Made by a program: the position numbers and the translations under genes. Below are positions 29,096-38,837 of a DNA stretch of 64,000 nucleotides, piece after piece (position 1 is the first letter of the stretch; every line of letters starts with the position of its first letter). Origin of the DNA: Candidatus Collierbacteria bacterium RIFOXYD2_FULL_45_13 (GTDB taxonomy: Bacteria; Patescibacteriota; Microgenomatia; UBA1400; MFAQ01); contig MFAS01000001.1 of NCBI GenBank assembly GCA_001774685.1, positions 801,444 to 865,443 of the forward strand, written 5' to 3'. Below the pieces are notes generated by a model, which saw nothing but the letters and a program-made list of their open reading frames with translations, did not search any database and had not been told where the DNA came from.

Positions 29096-30415
29096 CTACT
29101 TCTGGTGTCCCCGATCCACGCCATAAAACTTAACCCGATCTCCTCTGAACTTCAGATCGATAGACCCAAGTCCCCCGTTTCGGTGTTTAGCGATTGAAAG
29201 TTTCATGTCCTCCAAATTATTATCGTCAGTCCGGTACATAAACATCACCACATCGGCATCTTGCTCAATGCTTCCTGACTCACGCAGATCGGCCAGCTGG
29301 GGAATCTTTTCGGTTCGGCTTTCTATTCCCCGATTTAACTGAGATAAAGCCAGTACGGGAATCTTCAGCTCACGGGCCAAGTTTTTAAGACCCTGAGAGA
29401 TGGCACCCACTTCTTGAACGCGACTTTCGTAGCTTTTGTCCCCAACCACAAGCTGTAAATAATCAACTACCAATAGTTTCAAACCAACCTGAGAGTGTAA
29501 CTTTCTTGCTTTGGTACGGAGCTCCAAAATTGATTGTCCTGGGGTGTCATCAATATATAGAGGACAATCGGCCAAGACTCCCATGGCTTCCGAAAGACGA
29601 GCAAAGTCGTCTTCCTTGAGATTACCCGTTTTTAGTTTCCAGGCATCGATATTGGCCTGGCCCACCAGCATACGGTCGACCATTTCCAGATTACTCATTT
29701 CCAGAGCAAAATAACCGACAGGCATTTTTCTCTCTACTGCGGCGAATTGTGCGATATTGGTTGCTAGAGTTGTTTTTCCTATACCCGGACGAGCCGCCAA
29801 GATAATTAAGTTGCTATCCTGCATGCCGGCAAGCATATTGTCGAGATCCGAAAATCCGGTGGGCACACCTCTCAACCCGTCAGGAGAGTTGTGCAATGAG
29901 TCCAAACGGTCAAAGCTTTCGGCCAAGGCATCCTTAATCGGCACAAAAGACTTTCGCACGTGGCTTTGAGACAAAGCATATATCGATTGCTCGGCTTTAT
30001 CCAGGATCTCCCCAAGAGGTTTCCCTTCATCAAACCCCATCTCCCCCATCTGAGCTCCCGCCGAAATTAATAATCTTTTGATATGACAATCTCTAACAAT
30101 CTGAGCATACTTTTGAACATGAGAGGCTACCGGCACCTCGTTTGACAGCTCAGACAAATACGCTCTACCCCCGACTCTATCCAAAAGCTTGTTCTTTTTC
30201 AGCCAATCTGAAACCGTCAGAACGTCAATAGGGTCTCGGTTTTCATACAAGGTCACCATCGCTTCAAAAATCTTGCCGTTGTTGTCGTTGTAAAACATCT
30301 CCGGTTGCAAAACAACCGCGATATCAACAATGGCGTCCTTATCAATTAAAACCGATCCGAGTATTGATTTTTCTGCTTCATCCGCATGAGGTGGGAGCCT
30401 AAGAATAGAACTCAT
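29096..30415 (-). CDS. dnaB: Replicative DNA helicase DnaB (start trimmed to MSSILRLPPH; AAAGGAG ribosome-binding site)
   Basis: N-terminal ILGSVLID motif, Walker A ARPGIGKTTLATNIA, and RecA-like motifs. No intein is present. Confidence 0.92.
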   Translation of the reverse strand: MSSILRLPPHADEAEKSILGSVLIDKDAIVDIAVVLQPEMFYNDNNGKIFEAMVTLYENRDPIDVLTVSDWLKKNKLLDRVGGRAYLSELSNEVPVASHVQKYAQIVRDCHIKRLLISAGAQMGEMGFDEGKPLGEILDKAEQSIYALSQSHVRKSFVPIKDALAESFDRLDSLHNSPDGLRGVPTGFSDLDNMLAGMQDSNLIILAARPGIGKTTLATNIAQFAAVERKMPVGYFALEMSNLEMVDRMLVGQANIDAWKLKTGNLKEDDFARLSEAMGVLADCPLYIDDTPGQSILELRTKARKLHSQVGLKLLVVDYLQLVVGDKSYESRVQEVGAISQGLKNLARELKIPVLALSQLNRGIESRTEKIPQLADLRESGSIEQDADVVMFMYRTDDNNLEDMKLSIAKHRNGGLGSIDLKFRGDRVKFYGVDRGHQK

Positions 30416-30570
30416 TTCCGGATCTCCTTTCGTAACGAAAGCATGTGTTTTCGAGCGAAAAGCTTGAAGCGCGACGAAGGTGTAATACAAAGGAATTACA
30501 TCTAGAAGCGCTGAGGGCTTTGCAGCCGAAAAGACGTGGTTGCAGCAGAATGGAGATTCGGAAGTGGGTT

Positions 30571-31230
30571 CTAACCATTCATTAATAAAATTTGGGTGTC
30601 GTCGGGCAGACTACCTTCGTCTAATTTAATTTTGTGTACCGATTCTCCTGACACCGGAAATTTGTTTTTTTCCAAAAAACTCTCCAAAGTAGTCAACTCC
30701 TGAGTCTTGGAAGCACTTGTCCTGAAGTGCATCGGAATGGCATATGAAGGCTGGATTTCTTTGATCATCTCCATGGCTTCATTGGCATCCAACGTAAAGG
30801 TCCCACCCACCGGAACCATTAAGGTATCCACCGACCCCACCTTCTCGATCTGAGACTCTGAAAGTTTATGACAGATATCCCCCAGATGAAGAATGTGTAA
30901 ACCATCCATCACAATAAACATAATTAGATTTTTTCCTCGTTCAGTGCCATTGTTTTTATCATGAAATGTTTTCATCGCCGATATCTGCACTCCCGCGATT
31001 TCGTACTCCCCTTCTCTATCTATTACAAATGTCTCTTTTCTGCTTATTGGACCCGTGATTACTTCGACCGCGCTGTGATCATCATGAGAGTGGGAGATGG
31101 TTACCACATCGGCCACGTCCTTCGCCAACGGCATACCCACCATATCACTCTTAAACGGATCGAGGTAAACTACCAGTCCCTCTTTACTTTTTAACTTAAA
31201 ACATGAGTGTCCCAAATAGGTAATTTCCAT
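30571..31230 (-). CDS. MBL-fold metallo-hydrolase (UPF0173-like)
   Basis: Metal-binding motif ISHSHDDHS, 219 aa. Confidence 0.75.
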   Translation of the reverse strand: MEITYLGHSCFKLKSKEGLVVYLDPFKSDMVGMPLAKDVADVVTISHSHDDHSAVEVITGPISRKETFVIDREGEYEIAGVQISAMKTFHDKNNGTERGKNLIMFIVMDGLHILHLGDICHKLSESQIEKVGSVDTLMVPVGGTFTLDANEAMEMIKEIQPSYAIPMHFRTSASKTQELTTLESFLEKNKFPVSGESVHKIKLDEGSLPDDTQILLMNG

Positions 31231-31333
31231 GAAACAATATTACCACAGACAACGTCCAAGTCTTTTATCCCCCAACTGACATCTGAGAACTGAGGCCTGA
31301 TATCTTAATATAAGGGTATATAATCGAGGAGCA

Positions 31334-31756
31334 ATGCGTAAAGAAGTACTATTTGCCATCATTTTTGGAATAATTCTGGGAGGAGTCATTCTTTATGGTA
31401 TGAATTTAGCCAATAAATCTGTCACCAGTCTTAAAGAAGAAATTGTTCAAAACTCCCCAGCCACACCCACACCCACCCCAACCAACAATCTTCTTTTTAT
31501 TGTCAGTCCTCAAAATCATTCGGTTACCTCCGACAAAACCATTACCCTAACCGGTAGAGCTACTCCGGCGGCAAACCTGGCTGTTGTTTCCGAAACGGAC
31601 GACCTGATTCTCAAAGCCAGTCCCGAAGGAACCTTCTCCGCTCAAATTAATTTAATTGGTGGAGAAAACACCATTGCCGTCACCGAATTAAAAAGCGATA
31701 ACACAACTATTACCGAAGCCATTACTATCATTCAAACAATTAACCTCCCCGAATGA
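31334..31756 (+). CDS. Membrane-anchored/secreted hypothetical protein with TPTPTP linker
   Basis: An N-terminal transmembrane helix is followed by a low-complexity PATPTPTPTNN segment and a beta-rich domain. Confidence 0.4.
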   Translation: MRKEVLFAIIFGIILGGVILYGMNLANKSVTSLKEEIVQNSPATPTPTPTNNLLFIVSPQNHSVTSDKTITLTGRATPAANLAVVSETDDLILKASPEGTFSAQINLIGGENTIAVTELKSDNTTITEAITIIQTINLPE

Positions 31757-32487
31757 ATAAAACACTCCCCTACATTACTTCAATTGCTATATTCGTCATT
31801 GCGAGTTTCGTACTCGAACCGTGGCTCGCTGATACCCGCAGGGGTAAATCTCACTCCATCCGCGTCTTAGCCGCCACCACAGTAGCAACTCCTTCAGCCA
31901 CCCCATCGGCCACTCCAACAGTGATCACTATCACTCCATCCCAAACTCAGGATATTCAAGAAAAAATAAAGACGCTCGTCAAAGAAAACCTCAGTGCTAC
32001 CGAGTCTACTCTGAAGGAAAAGATCAATCAGCGAACCTTGGTCGGGTTTGTCGGATTAATACAGTCAATCAACTCCGGCAACATCACAATCAATACCAAA
32101 GACGGCACTATACTGCAAATTACCACAGACGAAAAAAGCGTCTATAACAAAGCTGGAACCGGAATCAAAATCTCTTCTCTGGCCATCTCCGATAAAATTA
32201 TCGTCATTGGCACCCTTTTGAAAGAAGATATCGTTTTAGCTAAAAGAATTGTCGTCGTTCCCGACGAACCCATTCAAATAGTTTCCGGCACTATCGTGAG
32301 CAAGGTTTCTTCCGTAGATATCAAGAAAAAGCTTATTGGATTAACAGTCAACAACCAAGAGGTTCTCTTTGGGCTTACCAAGAAATCGACTATCAAAATT
32401 GAGGAGATCAAAGCTGGTATGACCATTTTCGCCATAACCAAAAAATACGATGGTAAAGACCTTCTCTCCCGCGCCAAGATTCTATAA
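31753..32487 (+). CDS. Membrane-anchored hypothetical protein with ATPSATPSATP linker
   Basis: The ATGA start/stop overlap with the upstream ORF indicates translational coupling. An N-terminal transmembrane segment, a low-complexity linker and a beta-rich C-terminus are present. Confidence 0.4.
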   Translation: MNKTLPYITSIAIFVIASFVLEPWLADTRRGKSHSIRVLAATTVATPSATPSATPTVITITPSQTQDIQEKIKTLVKENLSATESTLKEKINQRTLVGFVGLIQSINSGNITINTKDGTILQITTDEKSVYNKAGTGIKISSLAISDKIIVIGTLLKEDIVLAKRIVVVPDEPIQIVSGTIVSKVSSVDIKKKLIGLTVNNQEVLFGLTKKSTIKIEEIKAGMTIFAITKKYDGKDLLSRAKIL

Positions 32488-32539
32488 TTTCATACTTTGA
32501 GTTTTCGATTTTTTGAGTTTTTTGCTTTATGATTAGAAT

Positions 32540-33415
32540 ATGCCTGCCATATCTTCCCGCCGTGTCAAGGCGTATACTTTTTTACTCATAAACGCCGCAC
32601 TCTGGGGTTTTGGTGCTCCCATAATCAAACACGCCCTTGGTTTCACCACCCCTGCCCTATTTTTGCTCTATCGTTTCATTACCGCTAGTCTAATTTTCCT
32701 ACCTGTCTTTCTAATCCACCGCCATCAAATCAAGCAAAGGATGAATCTCAAGCATCTTCTGATACTAGGGCTTCTGGGTGGACCTCTGACCCTAATTCCT
32801 TTCTATTATGGTATCGATGTCACCTCATCCATCGAGGCTTCACTGCTAGAATCCATCAGCCCCATCTTCACCGTGCTCGGCGGAATTTTAATTCTAAGGG
32901 AGACACTCAGACGTAAAGAAATTATCGGCATTGCTTTTGCCATCTTTGGAACTCTACTTCTCGCCGTCGAGCCACTTCTATCCAGCAGTGGCTTCAGCGC
33001 CTTATCCGTTAAGGGGAATGTTCTAATTATAATTTCCGATCTTATTTGGGCCTACTTCCTTATCTATTCCAAAAAAGACCATGTAGACCCCATCTCTCTT
33101 TCTTTCGTATCCTTTGTCATTTGTATCCCTTTCTTCCTGATTATGGTCGCCCTCGAAGGCTCTTCTTTTTATATACATCCTCAAGCCATTCCGGGAATTA
33201 TTTACATGGCTATTGGTGGTTCTATCATTGCGTTTTGGGCTTATCAGGAAGGCCAAAAACTTATCGAAGCCTCCGAGGCGGCTGTGTTTACTTACCTCAA
33301 ACCGGCTTTTGCCATCCCTCTTGCTCTGATCTGGCTACATGAGCCTTTCTCCTCGGTCACCATGATCGCCACCGCTATTATCATTACCGGTGTCTACCTC
33401 TCCGAAAACCGCTAA
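32540..33415 (+). CDS. EamA/DMT-family transporter
   Basis: The 291-aa protein has 10 predicted transmembrane segments in two EamA halves. Confidence 0.7.
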   Translation: MPAISSRRVKAYTFLLINAALWGFGAPIIKHALGFTTPALFLLYRFITASLIFLPVFLIHRHQIKQRMNLKHLLILGLLGGPLTLIPFYYGIDVTSSIEASLLESISPIFTVLGGILILRETLRRKEIIGIAFAIFGTLLLAVEPLLSSSGFSALSVKGNVLIIISDLIWAYFLIYSKKDHVDPISLSFVSFVICIPFFLIMVALEGSSFYIHPQAIPGIIYMAIGGSIIAFWAYQEGQKLIEASEAAVFTYLKPAFAIPLALIWLHEPFSSVTMIATAIIITGVYLSENR

Positions 33416-33524
33416 GTGGCTTGTTTGATCGTTATTTGTGTAGTTTGATTTTTCGGCATCAATATGCTATTATAGGTTACATCAGACCAATTCCACAGGC
33501 ACCTTAAGAGAGGAGAAAAAATTC

Positions 33525-33905
33525 ATGAACAAAAGATATGGATACATCGACCTTATATGTTGGATAATGTTCTCGTCTATCACTCTTGGAGTCTTTATCG
33601 CTTGCCTCGCCCTGATGCCAATTGGATCGTTTTTAAATGGCCTTGTTACCGGTGTAGCGTTTGTGATCTTCTGGATATCCCTAGCCCGCCCTTGCTTTGC
33701 ATGGCTCAATTTTACCAAGATCAAGAGAAGGGTTGGCTATCCAAAGTCAACAAAAGATCTGTCCTTGATAATGACGCTACTCATTCTATTTGTCTCAATG
33801 GGCTCGATGTACCTGCCTGTCACATTCGTGTCGATCACGGGATTCTCCTGGATCCTTTGGGAAATCTCTCTAGGAGTTACCCTCGCGTTACACCTGGAGC
33901 GATAG
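33525..33905 (+). CDS. Membrane protein, hypothetical
   Basis: AGAGGAG ribosome-binding site and 4 predicted transmembrane segments. Confidence 0.4.
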   Translation: MNKRYGYIDLICWIMFSSITLGVFIACLALMPIGSFLNGLVTGVAFVIFWISLARPCFAWLNFTKIKRRVGYPKSTKDLSLIMTLLILFVSMGSMYLPVTFVSITGFSWILWEISLGVTLALHLER

Positions 33906-33975
33906 ATGGAGGGGCACAACATGTGCCCCTCTTTTTTGTGCTCAAATCAGCTTTCTATGATACAATATCAAAGCT

Positions 33976-34302
33976 ATGAAACAGAATATTCATCCAATTT
34001 ACGAAGAAATGGCCGTTTCCTGCGCCTGCGGAAACTCTTTTAACGTTGGCGGATCTAGAAAAACCCTCCACATTGATGTTTGTGACAAATGCCATCCCTT
34101 CATCACCGGTACTCAAAAATTCATAGATGCTATGGGTAGAGTCGACAAATTTATCGCCAAACGTAAGGCCGCTTCCGGTTATGTGGCCAAAAATAAGAAG
34201 AAGGACGAGATCGACAGAACACCCAAATCCCTCAAAGAAATGCTCGAAGTCAAAAAGAAAGCCGAAGCCAAAGAGGTCGAATCTTCCGTTGCCTCTGTAT
34301 AG
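33976..34302 (+). CDS. rpmE: 50S ribosomal protein L31 with Lys-rich C-terminal extension
   Basis: MKQNIHPIYEEMAVSCACGNSFNVGGSRKTLHIDVCDKCHPFITG carries the L31 zinc-ribbon CxxC...CxxC. A TGATACAAT promoter lies upstream. Confidence 0.85.
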   Translation: MKQNIHPIYEEMAVSCACGNSFNVGGSRKTLHIDVCDKCHPFITGTQKFIDAMGRVDKFIAKRKAASGYVAKNKKKDEIDRTPKSLKEMLEVKKKAEAKEVESSVASV

Positions 34303-34425
34303 ATCCATCTAACTCCCCTACATCGTCATTGCGACCTGCCCGCAAATGCTGAAGTGCTAGCTTCTGCAGGCGGGGGAACTACTCGACGTGGCAATCTCAC
34401 TCCATCAAATATAGAATCAAAGTAA

Positions 34426-35349
34426 ATGGATAATCCTTATATTCAAGCAGAAATTGAGCGGATTGAGACTGAGATTAAAGAGAACGAAGCTCTTGCCACC
34501 GACCCGGAACTCGGTTCTCTTGCCACTACGGAAGTGGCCAGGCTCAAGTCCCAGCTCGAAAATCTCCTCTCCATCCAGGTTACCGAGTCTCAAGTGGAGG
34601 AAATTAGCGAAAACTTCAACGACTCCCCAGCTATTATCGAAATACGCGGTGCCGCCGGAGGGGATGAGTCCAAAATATTCGCCGGGGATCTTATTCGTAT
34701 GTATTCCCGTTTTGCCCAAGATCATGGTTTTAGTATCGAAAATATCGATGAGGGAATAATCCGTGTCAGCCGCCCAAACCGTTCTGTTTGGAATCATGGA
34801 GCTTACGAAACCTTCCAGTACGAATCAGGCGTCCACCGGGTTCAAAGGGTGCCGGAGACAGAAGCCGCAGGTCGAATACACACCAGCACCGCTACGGTGG
34901 CTGTATTACCTGAAGTCAAGCCTAACCAGCTCGAAGTCAAGGATCAGGATCTGGAATGGCAATTTACCCGTGCTGGCGGCCCAGGAGGCCAAAACGTCAA
35001 CAAGGTAAATACCGCCGTCCGGCTGACTCACAAACCCACCGGATTGACCGTCTTCGTGCACGAAGAACGTTACCAAGCCAGAAACAAGGAAATCGCCCTA
35101 AATATGATCCGCTCCAAAATCTGGCAACAAGAGGAAGAAAAACGCCTTAGCACTCAGTCCGACAAGCGCTCCCAAGCTGTAGGTTCCGGCATGCGCGCCG
35201 AAAAGGTCAAAACCTACAACTTCCCCCAAAACCGCCTCACTGATCACCGGCTGAATAAATCCTGGCATAACCTCAAAGAAATCATGGAGGGTCGCCTCGA
35301 AGAAGTCATCGAATTCACCCTCTCTGGCTTCAACTCCCTAGCCAAATAA
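34426..35349 (+). CDS. prfA: Peptide chain release factor 1 (short form)
   Basis: GGQ motif ([11 protein letters not shown]). The decoding-tripeptide region reads [17 protein letters not shown]: it is PxT-type (PET) and lacks SPF, so RF1 rather than RF2. The gene is adjacent to rpmE as in many genomes. Confidence 0.85.
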   Translation: MDNPYIQAEIERIETEIKENEALATDPELGSLATTEVARLKSQLENLLSIQVTESQVEEISENFNDSPAIIEIRGAAGGDESKIFAGDLIRMYSRFAQDHGFSIENIDEGIIRVSRPNRSVWNHGAYETFQYESGVHRVQRVPETEAAGRIHTSTATVAVLPEVKPNQLEVKDQDLEWQFTRAGGPGGQNVNKVNTAVRLTHKPTGLTVFVHEERYQARNKEIALNMIRSKIWQQEEEKRLSTQSDKRSQAVGSGMRAEKVKTYNFPQNRLTDHRLNKSWHNLKEIMEGRLEEVIEFTLSGFNSLAK

Positions 35350-35455
35350 CTCCACCTATTTGTTTTTTACCTCACCTGTGATAATATATAGGACGTAAAC
35401 TTTACGCACGCTGAAATTAACAGAAAGACTCTAAATTTCCCCCACGGAGGCAGTC

Positions 35456-36673
35456 TTGAATACAACTATAAGCAATTCTGGTGCCGTTGAAACTCATTCA
35501 ACGCTTAGTAGCTGGTCGATGGTCGGTGCACTGATATTACTCATCTGCTTTGCATTTATCAGCCATTTCAATTTTTTGACCGAGATTCAAAGTTTTATCA
35601 GCATTTACTCTGGGATCGCCGTATTACAAGCACCCATGACCATTTGGGCATATATCAGTTTGGTAATCAATCTCTCCACGGTCATGTTCGGCTTGGCTAT
35701 CTTATCCGCTCTGTTCACACCGAAAACCAAAAGCTATAATCGAGAATTCCTGTCCAAGATATTTCAAAAGGGTCCGCTTCCGTTTTACTTTCTTATCCTT
35801 GTTGAAGAAATATTTGCAAGGTTTTTGTTTATTACCGTGATTGGTACCTGGATTTTCCACGCCGGTTATCCAACCATGATTATCTTGCTACTCGTCGGAA
35901 ACTGTCTATGGGCTGCCCTGCACTATTATAACTATAAGGACAAAACCGATCGGAAACTCCTTGTGGTCTTACCACAGTTTGTTGGCGGTCTTGTCTTGGG
36001 GTATATCTACCTCAGATATGGCTTTATCGTTGCCCTACTCGTCCACCTGACTTACGACTTCATTGCTCTCATCGCGGACAAAAAGCAGAACAATCTCGCC
36101 CAAAGCATCGTCAATACCATCTATTGGGTGATTGTTTTCCTAATTAGTTGGTGGATTCTTAATGCTAACGGCATTTTACTAGTGCAGATTCTAAGTCAAT
36201 GGTTTGTCATGGAAAACTTTGTCGCCCCCGGCGTAAGTATGTGGTTAATGGCTGCGGTGTTGATCAATTTCAAATCAATCTCAAACATTATCACTCACAT
36301 GCTAGCCCTCGACAGAACTTCACCGGTTGCTGAAAGTGTGAGTAAGTGGACTTTGGGGCTGACGATAGTTCTATACTTACTCGCTGGAGTTGTCACTGCC
36401 GGAATAATTCTGGGCTTCAATTGGTTTCTGGGATTGTTCTCAATTTTCGCAACCAACATAGCCTTGCGGGCGGTAGTTGTCGCCGCACTGATAACCTTAT
36501 TCGTAACGCCAAAATCCGGTTCTGCCATGGCCAACCTCTGGTTTACGGATATCCCGGTAACTTTTGTTGAGGTGTTCATCGCTATAACCTTCGGTTTTTG
36601 GCAGTGCGTCCTGATCTTCGCTATTGCCGGGATCACCTCACACGCAACCGAATTCATTGATTCGCATAATTAG
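35456..36673 (+). CDS. CPBP-family intramembrane protease-like protein (CAAX protease/Abi)
   Basis: The 405-aa polytopic protein carries VEEIFARFLF (EExxxR), LVHLTYDF (FxxxH-like) and a HYYNYK region. Confidence 0.45.
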   Translation: MNTTISNSGAVETHSTLSSWSMVGALILLICFAFISHFNFLTEIQSFISIYSGIAVLQAPMTIWAYISLVINLSTVMFGLAILSALFTPKTKSYNREFLSKIFQKGPLPFYFLILVEEIFARFLFITVIGTWIFHAGYPTMIILLLVGNCLWAALHYYNYKDKTDRKLLVVLPQFVGGLVLGYIYLRYGFIVALLVHLTYDFIALIADKKQNNLAQSIVNTIYWVIVFLISWWILNANGILLVQILSQWFVMENFVAPGVSMWLMAAVLINFKSISNIITHMLALDRTSPVAESVSKWTLGLTIVLYLLAGVVTAGIILGFNWFLGLFSIFATNIALRAVVVAALITLFVTPKSGSAMANLWFTDIPVTFVEVFIAITFGFWQCVLIFAIAGITSHATEFIDSHN

Positions 36674-36799
36674 GTACCTCACCCTCCGCACCACGCGGAG
36701 GGTTTTTTGTAGGTGATGCTCTTGCCTCACCCTAGATCGCTGTTATAATCACCGTTGTTACGCCCTTTTACATCCACTTTATTACAGGAGAAGCGAAAA

Positions 36800-37327
36800 A
36801 TGAATTCTTCGACGTCTTGGGAAGAAAACCTTTTGGGCTGTCTAGGGGCATTATTGTTGCTCGTCGTACTAATTCTCTTTTCCGCATGGATCACTACCAT
36901 AGTCTGGGGGTTCATTGTACCAACCGTGTTTTACTCCGCCGTCACTGCAGATCTGGTTCCGGCCAGCTTGACCCTGGTCCAAGCACTCAAGCTGAGCCTT
37001 CTTTTCTGGGCGCTTGGTATCACCACAGCGTACTCCGCCTCCTCTTTGTCGAAAAGCTCCCTTTTCAGCGGAGACGTGGTTAGCACCATCGCCGCGGTCA
37101 TCATTTATATCATTATCTTTGCCATCGTCTGGGCAATTATGGTCGCCATTTCTGGCTTTTTCGTCTGGCTCATGTGGACCTGGGTTATCACCGACGTCTT
37201 CGCGGGTGCTGTTGCTGCTGGTCTCATCCCAGCCGCTCTCACCTACTGGCACGCTTGCCTGGTGGCAGTCCTGTTTGGTGTCCTCGGCCTGAGCCAACGC
37301 CGGAGCTCCAACTCTTCTTCAAAGTAA
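36800..37327 (+). CDS. Membrane protein, hypothetical (start trimmed to MNSSTSWEEN)
   Basis: An AGGAG ribosome-binding site lies 9 nt upstream of the ATG at 36800. The protein has 5 predicted transmembrane segments. Confidence 0.45.
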   Translation: MNSSTSWEENLLGCLGALLLLVVLILFSAWITTIVWGFIVPTVFYSAVTADLVPASLTLVQALKLSLLFWALGITTAYSASSLSKSSLFSGDVVSTIAAVIIYIIIFAIVWAIMVAISGFFVWLMWTWVITDVFAGAVAAGLIPAALTYWHACLVAVLFGVLGLSQRRSSNSSSK

Positions 37328-37436
37328 GTCTCTCTTTAAACCCGCCAACAAAGGCGGGTTTATTATTTCCAAAGAACTTGACTACGCGCAATTCGTGCTA
37401 AAATCTTGATATCCTATTCAACGGAGGTACTTTCAA

Positions 37437-37745
37437 ATGCCCTTCAACTGGCCCGGACGACGCGACGAAGACTTTACTCACCATGAAGATTTTTCCCATG
37501 AACTGCTAGGTCACAACTCTTCCAAACCAAAACCCATCGAAACCGAACCTACCCCCGAAACCAAGCCGGAAAAGCAACCACAGTTCAGCTGGGTGGCCTT
37601 CGTAGTAATGATCATCTCCATTGGACTCGCCCTTCTGGTCGGTATGATCATCCCCGGCATTCTCGATGAGTATATCGCCATGTTCATCATCACCACCTTG
37701 TATGGGTTCGCCCAGGCCCACGGCTTCAAAGCCCCCAAGAAATAG
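37437..37745 (+). CDS. Hypothetical single-pass membrane protein with acidic/His-rich N-terminus
   Basis: GGAGG ribosome-binding site. The protein reads PETKPEKQPQFSWVAFVVMIISIGLALLVGMIIPGIL. A CCCCGCC-ACCT-GGCGGGG terminator follows. Confidence 0.4.
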   Translation: MPFNWPGRRDEDFTHHEDFSHELLGHNSSKPKPIETEPTPETKPEKQPQFSWVAFVVMIISIGLALLVGMIIPGILDEYIAMFIITTLYGFAQAHGFKAPKK

Positions 37746-37755
37746 CCTATTCTAC

Positions 37756-37779
37756 CCCCCGCCACCTGGCGGGGAATTT
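37756..37779 (+). terminator. Rho-independent terminator (first copy of a conserved 32-nt module)
   Basis: CCCCGCC-ACCT-GGCGGGG followed by AATTTT. The identical sequence recurs at 38737-38760. Confidence 0.5.
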
Positions 37780-37868
37780 TGTGCCTAAATCTTATATTGA
37801 TCTAATTTGATATAATACGTTAGACTTACAGAGTCCATCTTTAACTTCATTTTCACCAGGAGGCCGTT

Positions 37869-38723
37869 TTGGACGCCAAGCTTCGATCCTACTACGTAAA
37901 ACAAGTGCTTCTCTCTTTCTTCTTGATTCTTCCCACCATCCCCTATATCTACGTTTTGTACCAACTCAGCTTGTTTTTCCTTGCATATCATAGTTGGCCC
38001 GCCTCTGTCCTAATTTATCCCCTGTTCTGGATACTCTTCCAGACAGTTCTTGGGACAGTAAAAATAATCCGACAGACGTTTTTGTCGGGATATCAAAAAA
38101 TCAGCCCGGAAAACGATCTCATGTTAGCTGGTATCTACGGCGGAGATGAAACGGCGTACGCCAAACTCACTCGTTTAACCCAGCTTATCACTTCTCAAAT
38201 CAACATCAACCCTCATCTGACCTTCTATGTTTATCCTCGCAGGGGAAAAGGGAAGAACGGCCACCATAACGCAGCCATTTTCAAAAAAGAGGGTGGTTTT
38301 GGCCTCATGATTTCGCAAATAACACTTGAGGAATGCTCCGAGAGAACCATACTCGGTGTTTTGTCTCATGAGATGAGCCATACTATAACCAGAAATTGGT
38401 ACGTAGTCATCGGGATTATCATGGGTGCCCTGATGATTCCGGCAAACACACTCATTCTTTTTATAGCGGTGTCGATTGGTTTTTATAGTTGGTGGTTGTT
38501 TATCCCAGCTTTAATCGTTCTTGGGCTTATCCATATGTTTATCGTGGGTCTACCTGCCAAGATCGATGAAATCTCTGCTGATCTTTTATCTGTCAAATTG
38601 GGGTACGGCTGGGGCCAAATAGACTACCTTGAAAATCTCCCTGCGGAATTTAAAATTCCCGACGGTATTCATAGTCACGTTGATTCACGCGTGTCTCAGC
38701 TTAAGAAAGCCATGTACCCATAG
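37869..38723 (+). CDS. HtpX/M48-like membrane zinc metalloprotease (paralog 1, TTG start)
   Basis: HHNAAIFKKEGGFGLMISQITLEECSERTILGVLSHEMSHT matches the M48 pattern (NAF...G ... LL..L...E..AVLAHExGH). The HExxH motif is flanked by transmembrane helices. An AGGAGG ribosome-binding site precedes the TTG start. Confidence 0.6.
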   Translation: MDAKLRSYYVKQVLLSFFLILPTIPYIYVLYQLSLFFLAYHSWPASVLIYPLFWILFQTVLGTVKIIRQTFLSGYQKISPENDLMLAGIYGGDETAYAKLTRLTQLITSQININPHLTFYVYPRRGKGKNGHHNAAIFKKEGGFGLMISQITLEECSERTILGVLSHEMSHTITRNWYVVIGIIMGALMIPANTLILFIAVSIGFYSWWLFIPALIVLGLIHMFIVGLPAKIDEISADLLSVKLGYGWGQIDYLENLPAEFKIPDGIHSHVDSRVSQLKKAMYP

Positions 38724-38736
38724 AGTTTCCACCCCC

Positions 38737-38760
38737 CCCCGCCACCTGGCGGGGAATTTT
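38737..38760 (+). terminator. Rho-independent terminator (second copy of the conserved module)
   Basis: Identical CCCGCCACCTGGCGGGGAATTTTGTGCCTAAA as at 37757-37788. Confidence 0.5.
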
Positions 38761-38837
38761 GTGCCTAAAACCCATTTGTGTTACAGTTTGATACAATATA
38801 GGACAAGAACTTTTAAATCACGCAGTCGGAGGCTATT

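Noticed and set aside
36755-36799. Upstream in-frame extension MLRPFTSTLLQEKRK of the 36800 gene.
   Set aside because: It has no ribosome-binding site, whereas the internal ATG at 36800 is preceded by AGGAG at optimal spacing. The extension was trimmed.
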